Below are positions 1 through 13,049 of a stretch of DNA of 64,000 nucleotides, piece after piece. The DNA is from Hamiltosporidium tvaerminnensis FI-OER-3-3 (lineage: Eukaryota > Fungi > Microsporidia): the NCBI GenBank assembly GCA_022605425.2, contig CM061253.1, positions 744,001 to 808,000 of the forward strand. Reading direction: 5' to 3'. Every line of letters begins with the position of its first letter. The first letter of the stretch is position 1. Made by a program: the position numbers and the translations under genes. The notes beneath the pieces were generated by a model. It had not been told where the DNA came from and searched no databases. It saw only the letters and a list, made by a program, of their open reading frames with translations.

Positions 1-570
1 ATAGTGAGACTTCTTCTCAAAATCACTTCGTAGTTTATAGGTAAAACTAGATTGAAATCGCGACCGAACTTAAGATAATTGTCATGCAAAAGCATTCAAA
101 TCTAGATTGAATCATTCAAGCTAGAAGAATTAGCATCGGTGAGATACAAAAATACTTGCTCTTTATAAAACCAGAAAAGCTAAGTAACAAGTTATATCTG
201 CAAGTAGAACATTTTAATATCTAGGTAGACTCCATATGAATTACAAATATATGTTTTGGATGTAATTTTATTTGGTTGAGTAGCTGCAGAGCAACTAGAA
301 ATACGGTTGGCCTTGGGTGCTCAGGATGGGTTTAGACTTGAAATCACATGCCATGCAGCAGACAATGTCGAACATCGAGCAACTTCTTAGCCAATTCAAT
401 GGAGTTTCCTGTTTTTTTAGCGTAAAAATTCTAGGCGTTACGTATCGTATGAATTACTTATGGAATGCACGAAGAGTTATCTATTGTTAATCTACTGCTT
501 AAATATCCTGAAAACCATGTAAAACATGCCACTTGTAAAAGTATTTGCTATTTTTTAAAGAAAAAAAATA
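1..570 (+). mobile_element. Diverged copy of the ~730-bp SINE-like element (cut by window edge)
   Basis: Collinear similarity to 52125-52857, e.g. TAATTGTCATGCAAAAGCA, TAGAAGAATTAGC, GAGATACAAAA, CCAGAAAAGCTAAGTAACAAGTTATA, ATGGAGTT. Confidence 0.75.
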
Positions 571-3500
571 TTAAGGATAATTTATAAATTTTCAAAACAT
601 ATCTACCTTTGATTATTCCAAGAATATTTGTATTTCATTACAAGCTTAATTATAAACTTGCTATATCAGTTAAATCCAAACCTTGTTTTTTCAAATTCTC
701 TATATCAACGAATTATATAAACTTGAAAAACTCAAATATTTCAACACTAAAAACTTTATTCTACCCAATATTTGCAACTAAAGAAGTTCTTATAGCAAAT
801 TTTGAACTTTTTCTGTCAATAGTAGAAAAAAGGCAATGTTAAAAAAAAATATATGGTATACTTTTGAGAAAATATAAAATATAATAAGAGAAAAAATTTC
901 ATTGGAAAATTCAGAACCAAGCGAACTAATATGGCTCATAAAATGTTATTTTATAGTTTTTATCACGGTTTACATTAGAAGACGTGTGAAGTGTGAAGAA
1001 TTTAAAAAAACTAGATTCAAATTTAAAGTAATCCATTGTATATGTATTATATGTATCAGAAAACCGAAAAGTAGAAATACAGGAACTTCCTTTGTGTAGT
1101 TGCTTCATACAAAAATAAGAAGGAAAGTGCAAAACATCTATTAAAATTAGAGCACGAAAAATGATTTCGTTTAACCCTTTAAGTAATATTCGAAGTATAT
1201 TTTTCTTATAACATTCTAAAATTTGCTCATTTGCTTATATTTAAATATTGCAATAATGTAAGTAAATAAACTAAAATGTGAAACCATTTTTTGCAAAAAA
1301 TAAAATATTGATACAGAGACAAAAGATTGCTTTTAAAAACCAAACATTTGGAAATAAAAAAATTGGTTAAAATGATTCCTACCTAACGACAAATATACGA
1401 TCATATTGGTTTCTGTGTTTCAAGCAAAAGAATTGGAAATATTATTCAAATAATTGTTTATATGTACAAACCTTCCGTGGTTCGTTGATCATGCGTGTTT
1501 TTAAAATGTTTAGACATACTATTCTTACTTCGTAATCGGATTTTTGCGATCTATTTTCTAAAGGCTGCAAAACAAAGCCGATCGAACAAACAAAAAACCA
1601 AAGTTAATTGTTCTGAAAAATTTACTAACTTAGAAACAATATCAAATAATTATTTTTTAATCAACCTAAGTTTTCAATATAACATAAAAGATACCAATAC
1701 ATATTTAGGGAACTACACAAATATATTCTTGATATTATTAATACATTGTCTATAGCCGATGAAACAATAAATTCACAATAAAGTTGCCAAAAAGGCTAAT
1801 TTTATATATCTGTATATTTGTTTCGGAATTCGATTAAATCGACCAGTATTCAATTTTAACGAAAAAAAAATCGATTAAGCATAGAATATTTCAATTTTTT
1901 CGCTATATTAAGTTGAGATGACTATGATAATTTCTATACTCATCAAAAGAGAATAAAATTAGATTTAATAGCGAGCAGGAAAATGTAATCTAAAAATCCA
2001 ACATATAAAAAAAATCTAGACATGAATACACTTATAGGCGTAAATAATTTCATATTAGAGACTTTTAAAATAGCTAAAATTGTAATTTCCTTGATAATAG
2101 AGCATATTTTACGCAATTAATGGGCAAATGAGATTATAAATTCAAGCAAATTCATAAAATATTTTTAAATTAAAAATAGAATTCTATTGATTTTAAAGGT
2201 CTATTTGTAGCAATATTCTATCAATTTTTATACATATCGAATATTTTAAACAAAAAATACAGAAATATATAATATATATTAGACCGAAGGATTATAATAT
2301 AAGATAAAAATATTGTTTATAAAAATAGTATTGGTAGGTTATTATTTAATTTTCTAAATTTATATTTTCGAGCAATTGGATATATAACAACAAAAATATC
2401 GTTAAACGAGGTTAGCAATACAAATGTCCAAGAAATTTATAAAGAGTTAAATATGATATTTGTCTTAAAAAACCTTAGGCATGTTTTATTATTGCTTCAA
2501 AAATATATTTCTTGGAAAATCTTAAATAAAATTATTAATTTCTAATTTTTTATCATATTTGAGGAAAAGAATTCTTTTTAATAAAATTTCAATAATTTGA
2601 ACTAGTATTTATAAGATAATTGTAATCGCAAAAAAACCTTTAAAAGAAGCGAACAGAGATTAAGATGGTGTTAACATTTTAAAAACAAAACAAAAAATAA
2701 TTCACCCCTTATTTCACAAGGAGGAACCGCGTTAGAGGAACCGATCATAAACATAAATAAAGAGTCGAATTTCGAGGAAGAATCAACCGTGGTAAAAGAT
2801 GTTGATGAAAATATATAAAAATAGTAAACAAAAAATATTTTAACCCAGAATTTTATTAAATAAATGCCCAAAAAATATAACCATTTTAGATATAAAGCTT
2901 CTTTCACAGAATGATCAAAACATAAACAATCATTACAAAATAAACATTTTTTTTTATTTTTTTTTAAAGTATAAAATTAGATTTTCTTTGAAGCATAGAA
3001 TTCAATTGTATTGTTATAAAAATAAATTCGATTTACATTTTAAAGCCTTATTATTTTTTTTTAATGAGAATTTAGTTATTTTGTAAAAATATTCTAGCCG
3101 ATACAAATAGATCTATAAAGAAAAATTAAAAATTATACATTTTTGCATATTCTGAGGGTTTTACACTGAATTTTTTTTAAAAACGACTGATTATAGATGT
3201 TGAAAAAATATACAAGTATTTAAAGACAAAGAATAAGTCAAATACTACGTAGACATCTGAATTAAAGCCATTGTCCGCCAATAAATCAGTCAAACTAAAA
3301 TTATAAAAAATATTTTACTAATTTTAAAAGATTTAGCCACCTTAATTTACACAAACACCTAATAAAATAGAAATTAAATTTATATTGAACTAAATATCTT
3401 AAATACTTGAGGATTTAAATATTAAGAGAAAAATAAATATTAAAAATAAAGTTAATCCGCATGCTTTCACTACTATTATATTTTTTATATTTTCGAACCA

Positions 3501-3728
3501 TATATTAAAAGAAGCTCATTTTATGATCTCTAATTTTATTTATTTATCACCTAATTTGAGTACAATAGAATAAAGATTTATATTATGTTTCTATGAAATA
3601 TTTGAAAAAAATCTCGCCACTAAATAGAAACAAATGATATTAAAGAAAATAAATATTAAAAACAACATTATAATGTGTTATATGGGTAAAAACATGTCAA
3701 AAAGATAAAATAAATCATAAAAAAGCTT

Positions 3729-5036
3729 TTAATTGAACAAGTATCGCAACCATAAAGAAAAGAATGTTTCTTCGGGATATTTGATTTGAATGTTATGGTT
3801 TGTAGGTTGTATTTCGCAATTTTTCTTTAAAAAGAGATACAATGCTTTTGCAATCAACTCTTTTTGAATAACGAAATCGTAAATTTTTTTGTATTTAAAA
3901 AAATATTTGTTTAAAATATTATTAAACTCATCTAATTTTCTTTTTATAGAATCAATTAAAGAAGAAAGTTTATTTGAGGATTTTAGAGCGAGATATGCTA
4001 TAGTTTCAGAATTTTCATTAATTAAACAACTTAATGTTCTAATATCTGAACATATGCGATTTAGTGTTTCCTGGTTTGAGAATGATGAAGTGAATGGTTT
4101 TATTTGCAAGGATATTATTACTTTACGAATTTTTCTTTTTAAACATTTTATTTTTGACACAAAGTTAGAAGGTGAATCGGCACAGTTAGGAAACATGAAA
4201 TCTTGCCCAAAAATTAGAACATTTTTGATATCTTGCCCTAGGTTAACATAAAGATTACACAATTTTTCATATCCAATAGCTTGTCTTTTTATTATTTTAT
4301 CAAAAATCATTTTGTGTTTTTTATCTCTATAGTTAGCAATATTTTTTCGAAAATTTTCATATTCCTTCATTGCATCAGGATTATTCAAAATTTTTTTTAT
4401 ATCATCAACTCTTAGAACATGATCAAGATATATTGGTTGTTTTTTAATTTTAATTTTTATTTTTTCGATATTTATTTCGGATTTGGTAGTAAAGTATATT
4501 ATATTAATCGTGTTTAATTCAGAATATGTAAATACCTTGGATACTTCCTCATAAAATTTTATGTATTTATAGCAAGGTAATTCGTAGTAAAAATATTTTT
4601 TGATAAAACCAATTAGAAACTCGTTTCTATACAAAGAATCAGCCAGGATTACTTCTTTTAATCCTTTTAAATCCAAACCATTTATCATATTGACAATCTT
4701 ATTTACTTCTGTTTTATGAATATATTCATGATCTTCCTTCAAAAAATCTTTAAAAGTTGTTTCATGATAATAATCACTGGTAAAACGTATAGGTACCAAC
4801 AAACATACATTTCTGTTATTTAAATTTATCATAGAAAGCAAAAAACTATCATTTTGAATGAAATATTTAGCCAATGAATCGTTTGAAATTTGAAGTTTCA
4901 TCATTTCCTGTCTTAAATGCCCAATAATACAAATAGATCTAATATTGATCCAAATAAATATTATTATTACGATTTGAAGTAACAATGATACTGTCACAAA
5001 TATATTTATGAAACATAAGAATATTCTTCCTTTCAT
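3729..5036 (-). CDS. Hypothetical protein with N-terminal transmembrane/signal anchor
   Basis: 440-aa ORF in AT-rich DNA; hydrophobic N-terminus (IFLCFINIFVTVSLLLQIVIIIFIW). Start placed at the second Met (5036), which follows a CCC motif; the track start is 5051. Confidence 0.7.
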   Translation of the reverse strand: MKGRIFLCFINIFVTVSLLLQIVIIIFIWINIRSICIIGHLRQEMMKLQISNDSLAKYFIQNDSFLLSMINLNNRNVCLLVPIRFTSDYYHETTFKDFLKEDHEYIHKTEVNKIVNMINGLDLKGLKEVILADSLYRNEFLIGFIKKYFYYELPCYKYIKFYEEVSKVFTYSELNTINIIYFTTKSEINIEKIKIKIKKQPIYLDHVLRVDDIKKILNNPDAMKEYENFRKNIANYRDKKHKMIFDKIIKRQAIGYEKLCNLYVNLGQDIKNVLIFGQDFMFPNCADSPSNFVSKIKCLKRKIRKVIISLQIKPFTSSFSNQETLNRICSDIRTLSCLINENSETIAYLALKSSNKLSSLIDSIKRKLDEFNNILNKYFFKYKKIYDFVIQKELIAKALYLFLKKNCEIQPTNHNIQIKYPEETFFSLWLRYLFN

Positions 5037-6674
5037 TAATGAGGGATACATTTGTTGTCGTAATCTGTTATTAAATTAATATCAAATATTTTTTCATTAA
5101 TTTAATTTAATTAATATTTTACAAAATATTCATTTAATTGTTTTTATCAGTAAAATTAGTAGTTATGTTTCTCAAATTATTCCATTTTCTAGTTTATATT
5201 TAATTAGTTTACATTATTAAGATGGTTATTATCCGATAAAAAATTTTAAAATTAAATTTATCAAACATGTTAGATATTAAAATCAAATCTAAAAATAAAT
5301 ATATACCTTTAAACTATGTTTATAATTTATGTTCGTCGAAAATTTACACATTTTTATATTTTGAAAAAAAAAATAATGTATTTTATCTTTTGAAAGAAAT
5401 ATTCTTTTTAGGATTGGTTTTTTTATTTTTTAATTAATTATTTCCTTCTGCTAAAATTTTTAATTTTTGTAAAAAATATTTTCATATCTGAAAAATATCT
5501 ATATTCAAAAACATTAAAAGAGTTTAAATTAAATAATTATGGTGTTGATGCTCTATTTCCTTGCGTTGCTGTATCAAAATCTGGTTTTATTTTCTTTTTT
5601 TTATGTTTGACTATTTTCTATGTTTTGAGTCAATACTTTTGTTATTTGTTTTATTGTCTTTAGAGAATTAATAAGCGCCGATATTTAAGCAGTGAGTGTA
5701 TCGGAATTTACCTCCTAAGTGACGGATTGATCTCTGCTTGGTGCACTTCATATCTTTCGTAAAGAATGTTTACGTTGGAATGGCAACCTAAACAATCAAA
5801 AGAAAAATGTCTCCGGAGCGCCAATAACTTGGTTAAGCCTTACTCCCTTCTCGGATTGTGTTTTTCTGTGGAGAAAGTGCTACGAAATATAATTAAAAAC
5901 CCAACGCATGATTTTAAAACACATTTTATCATTAGTATAATAATAAAATAATAACGAGTTATTAATATATTTTATGTGATTTTAGTAATATTTCAATTCT
6001 TTACGGCTCTCGTCAGCATTTTTCCTAGTATTGAATTCCTTAGTCAATGTAAAAAAAAATTGTAGTTTTTTTTAAGCATTATCGATTGGATATATATTAT
6101 TATTCTTAAAATTATTTAAAGCCTTTTGGCTTGTATCTGATATTTTCTTAAAACTATACTCATTTATCTTTTTTGTATGAGATTATATTCAAATACTTCT
6201 ACAAACAATACATGTTTCCTTATGGAACAGAAGATGTGTTAGAGCAGTATTTAAACGTTTAAAATATATAACGCATTAATTCAAACTATATTGGTGTTTT
6301 CATACCATGTTTTTTCAGCTAAAACAAATGCATTAAAAATTTTTGGAACTTCATGACAGTCACTATTATTACTAAAAGATTATTCTCGAGATATCATTTT
6401 AGAAGATTGCCCTACCGAAAGACTCTGAATTCGTTTTGTAAACCTAAATTATGTATTTTTTAATGTGAAGTAGATTGATGCCAAAAAATCGAATTCCACT
6501 ATCATAAGCCTCATACAATATCCATTTATACCATTATTTCGTGTTTATAATTAATTTAAACTGCTATTAAAAACATAATTGGCTTTTCTCCGATCTCTAA
6601 GAATAATTTTTTTTGAATATACAATTAGAAAAACATTTATTTGGCAACATACGTTCATATTAAATCAGATAGAG

Positions 6675-6910
6675 CAGCGGTTCTTAATCGGGGTTGCCCG
6701 CACCCCGGGAGTGCAAGAAGTATTTTTTTTGGAGTGGACAGAAGCTTCCGTCAGAAGCTTAAGCTCATACACAAATTTTGATTATGGTTTTATTGTAAAG
6801 AAGTCAAACAACAAATTTACAAAAAATCGAAACACATTTTCATTCGGAATGCGGGATCCAATTTTCAGATTCAAAGAAAAACAGCTCACTTAAAAGGTTT
6901 AGGACCACTG
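6675..6910. mobile_element. Non-autonomous hAT (Buster/Charlie-like) MITE
   Basis: Imperfect TIRs CAGCGGTTCTTAA ... TTAGGACCACTG; 8-bp flanks AGATAGAG / TCATAGAG (6/8 identical, central TA typical of Buster TSDs). Confidence 0.75.
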
Positions 6911-7650
6911 TCATAGAGGAATTCAACAAAGAAACAATTTATTTTTAGTTTAGATACTTATAAACCATGTTTTCGGTCTCACTATAAAATTCTTAGCCGT
7001 TGGGCCATTTGAAACGGACTTACTTTTATATTCTATAAAGAAACAAAATTACATTAAATTACATTCTTAAACTCATTAATTAAGCAAATTTTCTTACTAT
7101 TTTCATTTAGTCTGTTTTACTGATACCTAGTCAGTTTGCTAGTATGTTTTTGAAGTCTTAAACCTGCAATTTTATATAAATATTTCAAAATAATTTGCTA
7201 CAAAGTTATTTTTCCTCTACAGTTTCATATATTTAGCAATTTTTAGTTAATTTAGTTCATTATTTAATTTTTGCTCAATTAAGTTAACAAACTATTCTCA
7301 TAAATTTCATTTGCTTTTTTGTTAGCTGCTATTCATGTGAACTGTTTTTTTTGCCAGAAAATAGCGGTTTGTTTAAATATTCTTAATTGTTTAGGTCCTT
7401 ATAATCATGATTCTAATTCATATTTTCGAAATTTTTTTTATTCAGGTATAAAACTCCTTGAGTCTATTCAAAGAATAATTATTTTATCAACTTTAAACTG
7501 TAATCTAAATCAACTACAGAGAGAAAAGACACAAAAACCATTAATTATGCCATAAATTTGTTTATATATTTGTTATTAGTGCTTAAAAAGCCATTTAAAT
7601 TAAATCTTACTTTAAAAATTGTAAAGAGTATATTTATTGATGCTTTATTG

Positions 7651-8386
7651 GTGGAGAGAATATGAGCACATAAAAAAATTTCTGCTTGGAGATGAGTGTG
7701 TTACACTGGTGTGGGGATCATTGTTGGATTTTCGGTAGGAATAAAACCACACTAAATCTTCGGTTATTCCATGGGAGTTATTATGATTAGTAGAAGTCTT
7801 TGAAATGGCGAAACATTTTCTACAAATTTATTTGTAGTTTTTTATGTAACTAGATTGTAGACCGCAGCTGAATTTGCAGGTAATTGTCATGTAAAAATAT
7901 GAAAATCTAGCCTTGCTTACTCGGGGTTAGAAGACTTAGCACCCGGGAGATATAAAAATAGAAACCATTAAAAGCCAGGAAAGCTAAGAATCAGGTTATA
8001 CATGTTGGTAGGACATTGCACTGTCTAAATGAACCTAATGTAAGTCTCTGAAATATATCTTATCTAAAAGTTTATGAAGATCAAAAAGTTTAGAGTAAGT
8101 AGGAATTCTGCATAGTCTCGCAGAAGCCTAATTAAGGGGTTTCGGCCTCCAATCACTTTCCGTGCAACAGACATTAACAACTCCGAGCAACTGCCTCGAC
8201 TATTAATTTGATTTTAAATACGGGGTAGTTGAAAGGCCTTGAGACGTAGGTATCGCAGAGGGTACCAATGGAGTGTTAGTAGTAGTTATTTATGTTAAAC
8301 CTTGAACTGCGTCTATGTCATGAAAACAAATATAAAACTTGCCACTGTTTTTAAAAAAAGATGTGATACTTTTAAATAAAGTCTGT
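7651..8386 (+). mobile_element. Full-length ~730-bp SINE-like element
   Basis: End-to-end similarity to 52125-52857; degenerate TSD TTGATGCTTTATTG (7637-7650) / TTGATACTTTTATTG (8387-8401); AATAAA near the 3' end. Confidence 0.85.
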
Positions 8387-8665
8387 TTGATACTTTTATT
8401 GTGATGTAGTGTATAGCAGCGCAAAAAGCTGATTTAAAATTATAAGTGCAAATATTTTTTATTCAATGGCCGTTTTAAAGTTTTTCATGCACTTCATCCG
8501 CACATCATTATTGGTTGTATAAGATTTATGAACAAATAATTGGTGCACTACTTCATTCCAAAAAATTAATCCTTTCTAAATCAGTCATCGCTTTGGTCGT
8601 ACATTACTAAATTATATAAATGATTATTAGATCAATGAAAAATTTACAATGAAATCTTTTTTTAA

Positions 8666-9610
8666 TTAAAAAATCAATAAACTTATAAGAAGAAATAGAA
8701 AACCATTGATATAATTCATTCCATAACAAGAATTTTTTTCATTTTTAGAATCCATTGCTTGTACCAACGAGTCTGACTCTTCTATATTACTTTCACTGTC
8801 AACATTTGTACCTGGATTAGGAAAAACAGGATCAAAATCATCACTTTCGTCTGTTTTAACCTTATCATCTCCATTTTTATTCTTTTCTGATTTCTCTAGA
8901 TTATTCTTAGCCTTTTTACTGCCTTCGTCTTTAAACTCTTCTTCCTCAATATCTTCTTCATTTTTCTTTATAATAGGAATTAAATCTGTATTTCGATTGA
9001 GTAAAGTAGAATATTTTGTAAGTGTAAATTCTTTATGCTTCAACATTTCAATAAAAATTTCCAATTCACTTACTGACGTATCAATCCTTTCTCTAAACAC
9101 AATAGAGAAATTTTCTATATTTTTATCTAATTGAAGTATTTCATTTTTGACTAAACAAATATAATTTGGAGTTTCTACATCTTCAGAATCTATTAAGGGA
9201 TCTGTTACAATAAATCCCAAATCCTCAGCAATTTGTTTGGATTCGGATGGATGAAAAGATCGAGGAAGACGTAAGAGTATAGGTGTGTATCCCGTAAGTT
9301 CTTCAAATTCTTTTTTACGACTAATAATAATCTCCTTAATCAAATCTGTATCCAAAGCATATAAATCATCAGTTATTGATATTCCGATTTCAACATTTTT
9401 ATCTTTTATATTTTTAAAAACATCCAAATTTTTTTTTAGAGAATCTGTACAAAAATGAAAAACAATTGGAACATTCAAATTTTCCGATATTTCAAGTATT
9501 TTTTCTATTTTATCCGTTGGTCCTTCATCGTAAGAAATTATGGCTTGTCCTACACATTCGGCTTGTATAATGTTAATAAGTAAGAGAATACTTAATATTA
9601 AACTCAACAT
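8666..9610 (-). CDS. Polysaccharide (chitin) deacetylase-like CE4/NodB protein, signal peptide plus probable GPI anchor, likely inactive
   Basis: Signal peptide; ISYDEGP (motif 1 TFDDGP); LLRLP (motif 3 RxPY); acidic linker; hydrophobic C-terminal tail. Confidence 0.85.
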   Translation of the reverse strand: MLSLILSILLLINIIQAECVGQAIISYDEGPTDKIEKILEISENLNVPIVFHFCTDSLKKNLDVFKNIKDKNVEIGISITDDLYALDTDLIKEIIISRKKEFEELTGYTPILLRLPRSFHPSESKQIAEDLGFIVTDPLIDSEDVETPNYICLVKNEILQLDKNIENFSIVFRERIDTSVSELEIFIEMLKHKEFTLTKYSTLLNRNTDLIPIIKKNEEDIEEEEFKDEGSKKAKNNLEKSEKNKNGDDKVKTDESDDFDPVFPNPGTNVDSESNIEESDSLVQAMDSKNEKNSCYGMNYINGFLFLLISLLIF

Positions 9611-9649
9611 AAATTTTATGATTTTCTATTTATTTATACTTTTACGCAT

Positions 9650-10150
9650 AAATTAAACCTTAAATATTTATGCGTTAATTAATCTTATATCTTTGACTGT
9701 TAAAATTGATTTTTTTTGATAAAAACCTTAAATATTTATGCGTTTAATTAATTATAAATCTTATTTGTTTAAATTTAAATTTCAAGGAAAAAGCCTTAAA
9801 TATTTTAGATCCACTTTATTCAATATCTTTATTTGTTTACATTTAAATTCCAAAGAGAAAACCTTAAATATTTATACATCCACTTTATTTAATATCTTTA
9901 TTTTTTACATTTAAATTCCAAAGAGAAAACCTTAAATATTTTACATCCACTTTATTCAATATCTTTATTTGTTTACATTTAAATTCCAAAGAGAAAACCT
10001 TAAATATTTATACATCCACTTTATTTAATATCTTTATTTTTTACATTTAAATTCCAAAGAGAAAACCTTAAATATTTATACATCCACTTTATTTAATATC
10101 TTTATTTGTTTAAATTTGATTTTTTTAATTTAGTAAAAGCCTTAATTACT
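9650..10150. repeat. Minisatellite, 68-bp unit, immediately upstream of the deacetylase gene
   Basis: GAGAAAACCTTAAATA recurs at about 9855, 9923, 9991 and 10059, with degenerate units on either side. Confidence 0.9.
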
Positions 10151-13049
10151 AAATAATATTTTCTTTTAAATTTTGAAAAATTTAATGACAAGCATTTATT
10201 TTGAAAGTATTTACTGGACTTAAATCAATTCCCAAAGTAAATTTTACTTTTTTTTTAGAAAAATTACTTGAAAAGAATAAATTAAATTATAAACTACAAT
10301 TTAATTGATTGTCATTCATTAAATCAAAAACTTTAAATTATATTTCAATTTAATTGACACTAAAAACATTAATTACCTCAATAAATTAAAATTGAAAATT
10401 TATAAAGAAAAAATTACATAAAAAATGTAAATAAAGAAAAATAGAGTGAGTAAGAAATAAATCAAACGAGATGTAACAAATAATACGCTATGAAACGAGC
10501 CAGAACTACCGACCAGGAACATTCTCTATTGAATTGTCAGCTATAATATCTCTTCGTCAATATCAAAATACATATAAAAAGTCGTATAAATGTTCTATTC
10601 TAGATTGTTGCATTCTTTTCTCTATGTAATGAAATTAGCGGGTAAATAGCAATTTAAATTATGGAAATTCTTATTATGGACTTACTTTCAAATAAACTGA
10701 CTTGTAGTAAATATTTCAACACTCGGTTTTTTGGAAGAAGAAAAGTATAATGACTGCTATTTTTTTTTCTAAAATACGAAATTTATAAGAAGAATAACAT
10801 ATAAAAACGGATTTGTTTGGATACATTGCAATTCGACGTTTTCATTTATCAAAATTTCGCATGTGATACAGGATTTATCAGATAAAGAAATATAAGAGGA
10901 GATTCAATTATCTGTCACGAATGGCGAATAAGAGATGTTCATTTCTCCATATAATAGTATTATTTAATCAATTGAACTTTTTACAACAACATGAAAGAAT
11001 CGTATTTGAGAATCATTAAAGGAATTAAGAAAATTAAATAGGAAAATCTGTGATTTTACACCAGAGTATCTGATTAATTTAATTTAAATAAATTTTAATA
11101 TCTAAATAATTGTACATCAGAACACAAAGATACATGGTCTGATTATCACAAAAAAATATTTATATCCCAGATATATGTTATATGACTTCTGAATGAAAAG
11201 AAGCTTAAATTTATTTAGTTTTAAACATAATAAGTATTAGGTTCTTTTATAAAGCTTTCATAAATCTTTTGGAAAAACATCAGTAAGTGAATTTTTTTTT
11301 GAAACGAACAATAAGAAAAAATTTTTGTGTATTTATTTATAAACTAAACAAAATTATAAATCACAAGCTTTTGTACTAAAAATAAGAGTTTTAATTGCTA
11401 TGCTATAAAAAATTAGTCAATAAAAATCGTATGTTTAAGCTATTTCGAGGTCGATATTATTCAAGATTTTGGATAAATTAATTAATTAATACAGCGATAA
11501 TTCTAAATTCAGTATGGATTTTTGTTTTTTTTATTATCAAAATCTATAAACAGCGATACGTGGGAATTATCGCATACCATTTGTATTGAATGATTTTTAA
11601 GTCATGTTTACACTCTTTTATGAATTCTTAAATATCACTAAGTAGCTTCGTTAATAGAATACTGCAGAAAAATATGTAAATGTGCTTTTGTTTGACAAAA
11701 AATTATGAGATTAATCGATATTTTTATGATATTCTTAAATTCATATGTTCCTGAGAAAACCTTGAACCAATAGTTAAATATAAAAATTGCTTAGTTAATG
11801 TAAAAAAACCATATATTCATTGTAAAACCACAAACACATCATATATATAAATGAATAAATTAATCTTTGAATTATGTAAAGTGGTTGTTAGCCTGTATTT
11901 GGGAAATTTTGAATGTTTATAAACAATTAACTGTTAAGGTAAAATATATGTAATTCTTACAATACCATGATCTATTCAAAGTTCTCTTAATAAATACATG
12001 GTAGACTTGAATGTAACTTAATTCGTATCAAACAGGACTATTATTCTTACATTAAGTCATATTAAATTCAATTAATTTAAAACTTGGGAAATTTGATAAA
12101 GCAGAATATACCAAAAAATAAAAATTATATTTAATCAAGCACCATAATGATTAAATACGAAATTCAAATATAATGCTGCTAAAAAAAGATATTGTCTCAT
12201 TTTATATGTGTTATATATGAATATATTAAGTTGCAATATATTCAAGACATGTTTTTTACTGGACGATTTCGCTCTTATATCGTGATTGAAGCTTCAGAAC
12301 AAATGATGTAAAACTTAAATTTTCAAAAATAATCTAAAAAAACTAGAATATCCCAGCTACAAATGATGTACTTTAAAACCTCTTTACCATCTTATAATTT
12401 CCATGCACTTAAAAATGCTTAGAAAATAATATAGGGTAGCTAATGGAAAATTGCATGTCATTATTTTGAAGATTAAAACAATAATCCTATGTTGAGTGAA
12501 GAAAGTTTTTTCATTCAAATTAGATTTCATAAAAAAATTTTCATGAAACAGATAGGCATGTGATATTGTTGATTAGCTATCAAGTAAAGGTACTTTGACT
12601 ATAGTCTCCGATTTATGGTATAAGATCATGCAATATAAGAAAGGTCGATAATTAAACAAGTTATGATTAGATGTGATAATATCGAGGCCTTTTTTCGAAA
12701 AAAAACCTTGTAAGGAGAAGCGTTGTGTCGAGTTTCTTATTGAATGTATTATTTTGTAACACTTGCATAATATGGAGTATATAAAGACTTTGCCACCTCA
12801 GAGTGTAATTCTAAATGAGAAGAAATATTTGAGACTTAGCCGCACGGACAAAGGTTTCTTTCTGGTTGAATAAACCATTACTAAGATTTTGAATAATATA
12901 AAAGAAAAAATTCAATTAGTAAAATTTTTCAACAAAATCCAATAGAAATCTCATTCAATGTTATTCAAAATTTTACACAAAAAATGCGATATTATTGCCG
13001 TTTTTACATGTCCTTCGAAAATCATAAAGAACCAGGAGAATATAAAATT

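Noticed and set aside
11900-12300. Possible decayed kinase fragment (GLLFLH, KLGKF)
   Set aside because: Too fragmentary to support without a profile search.
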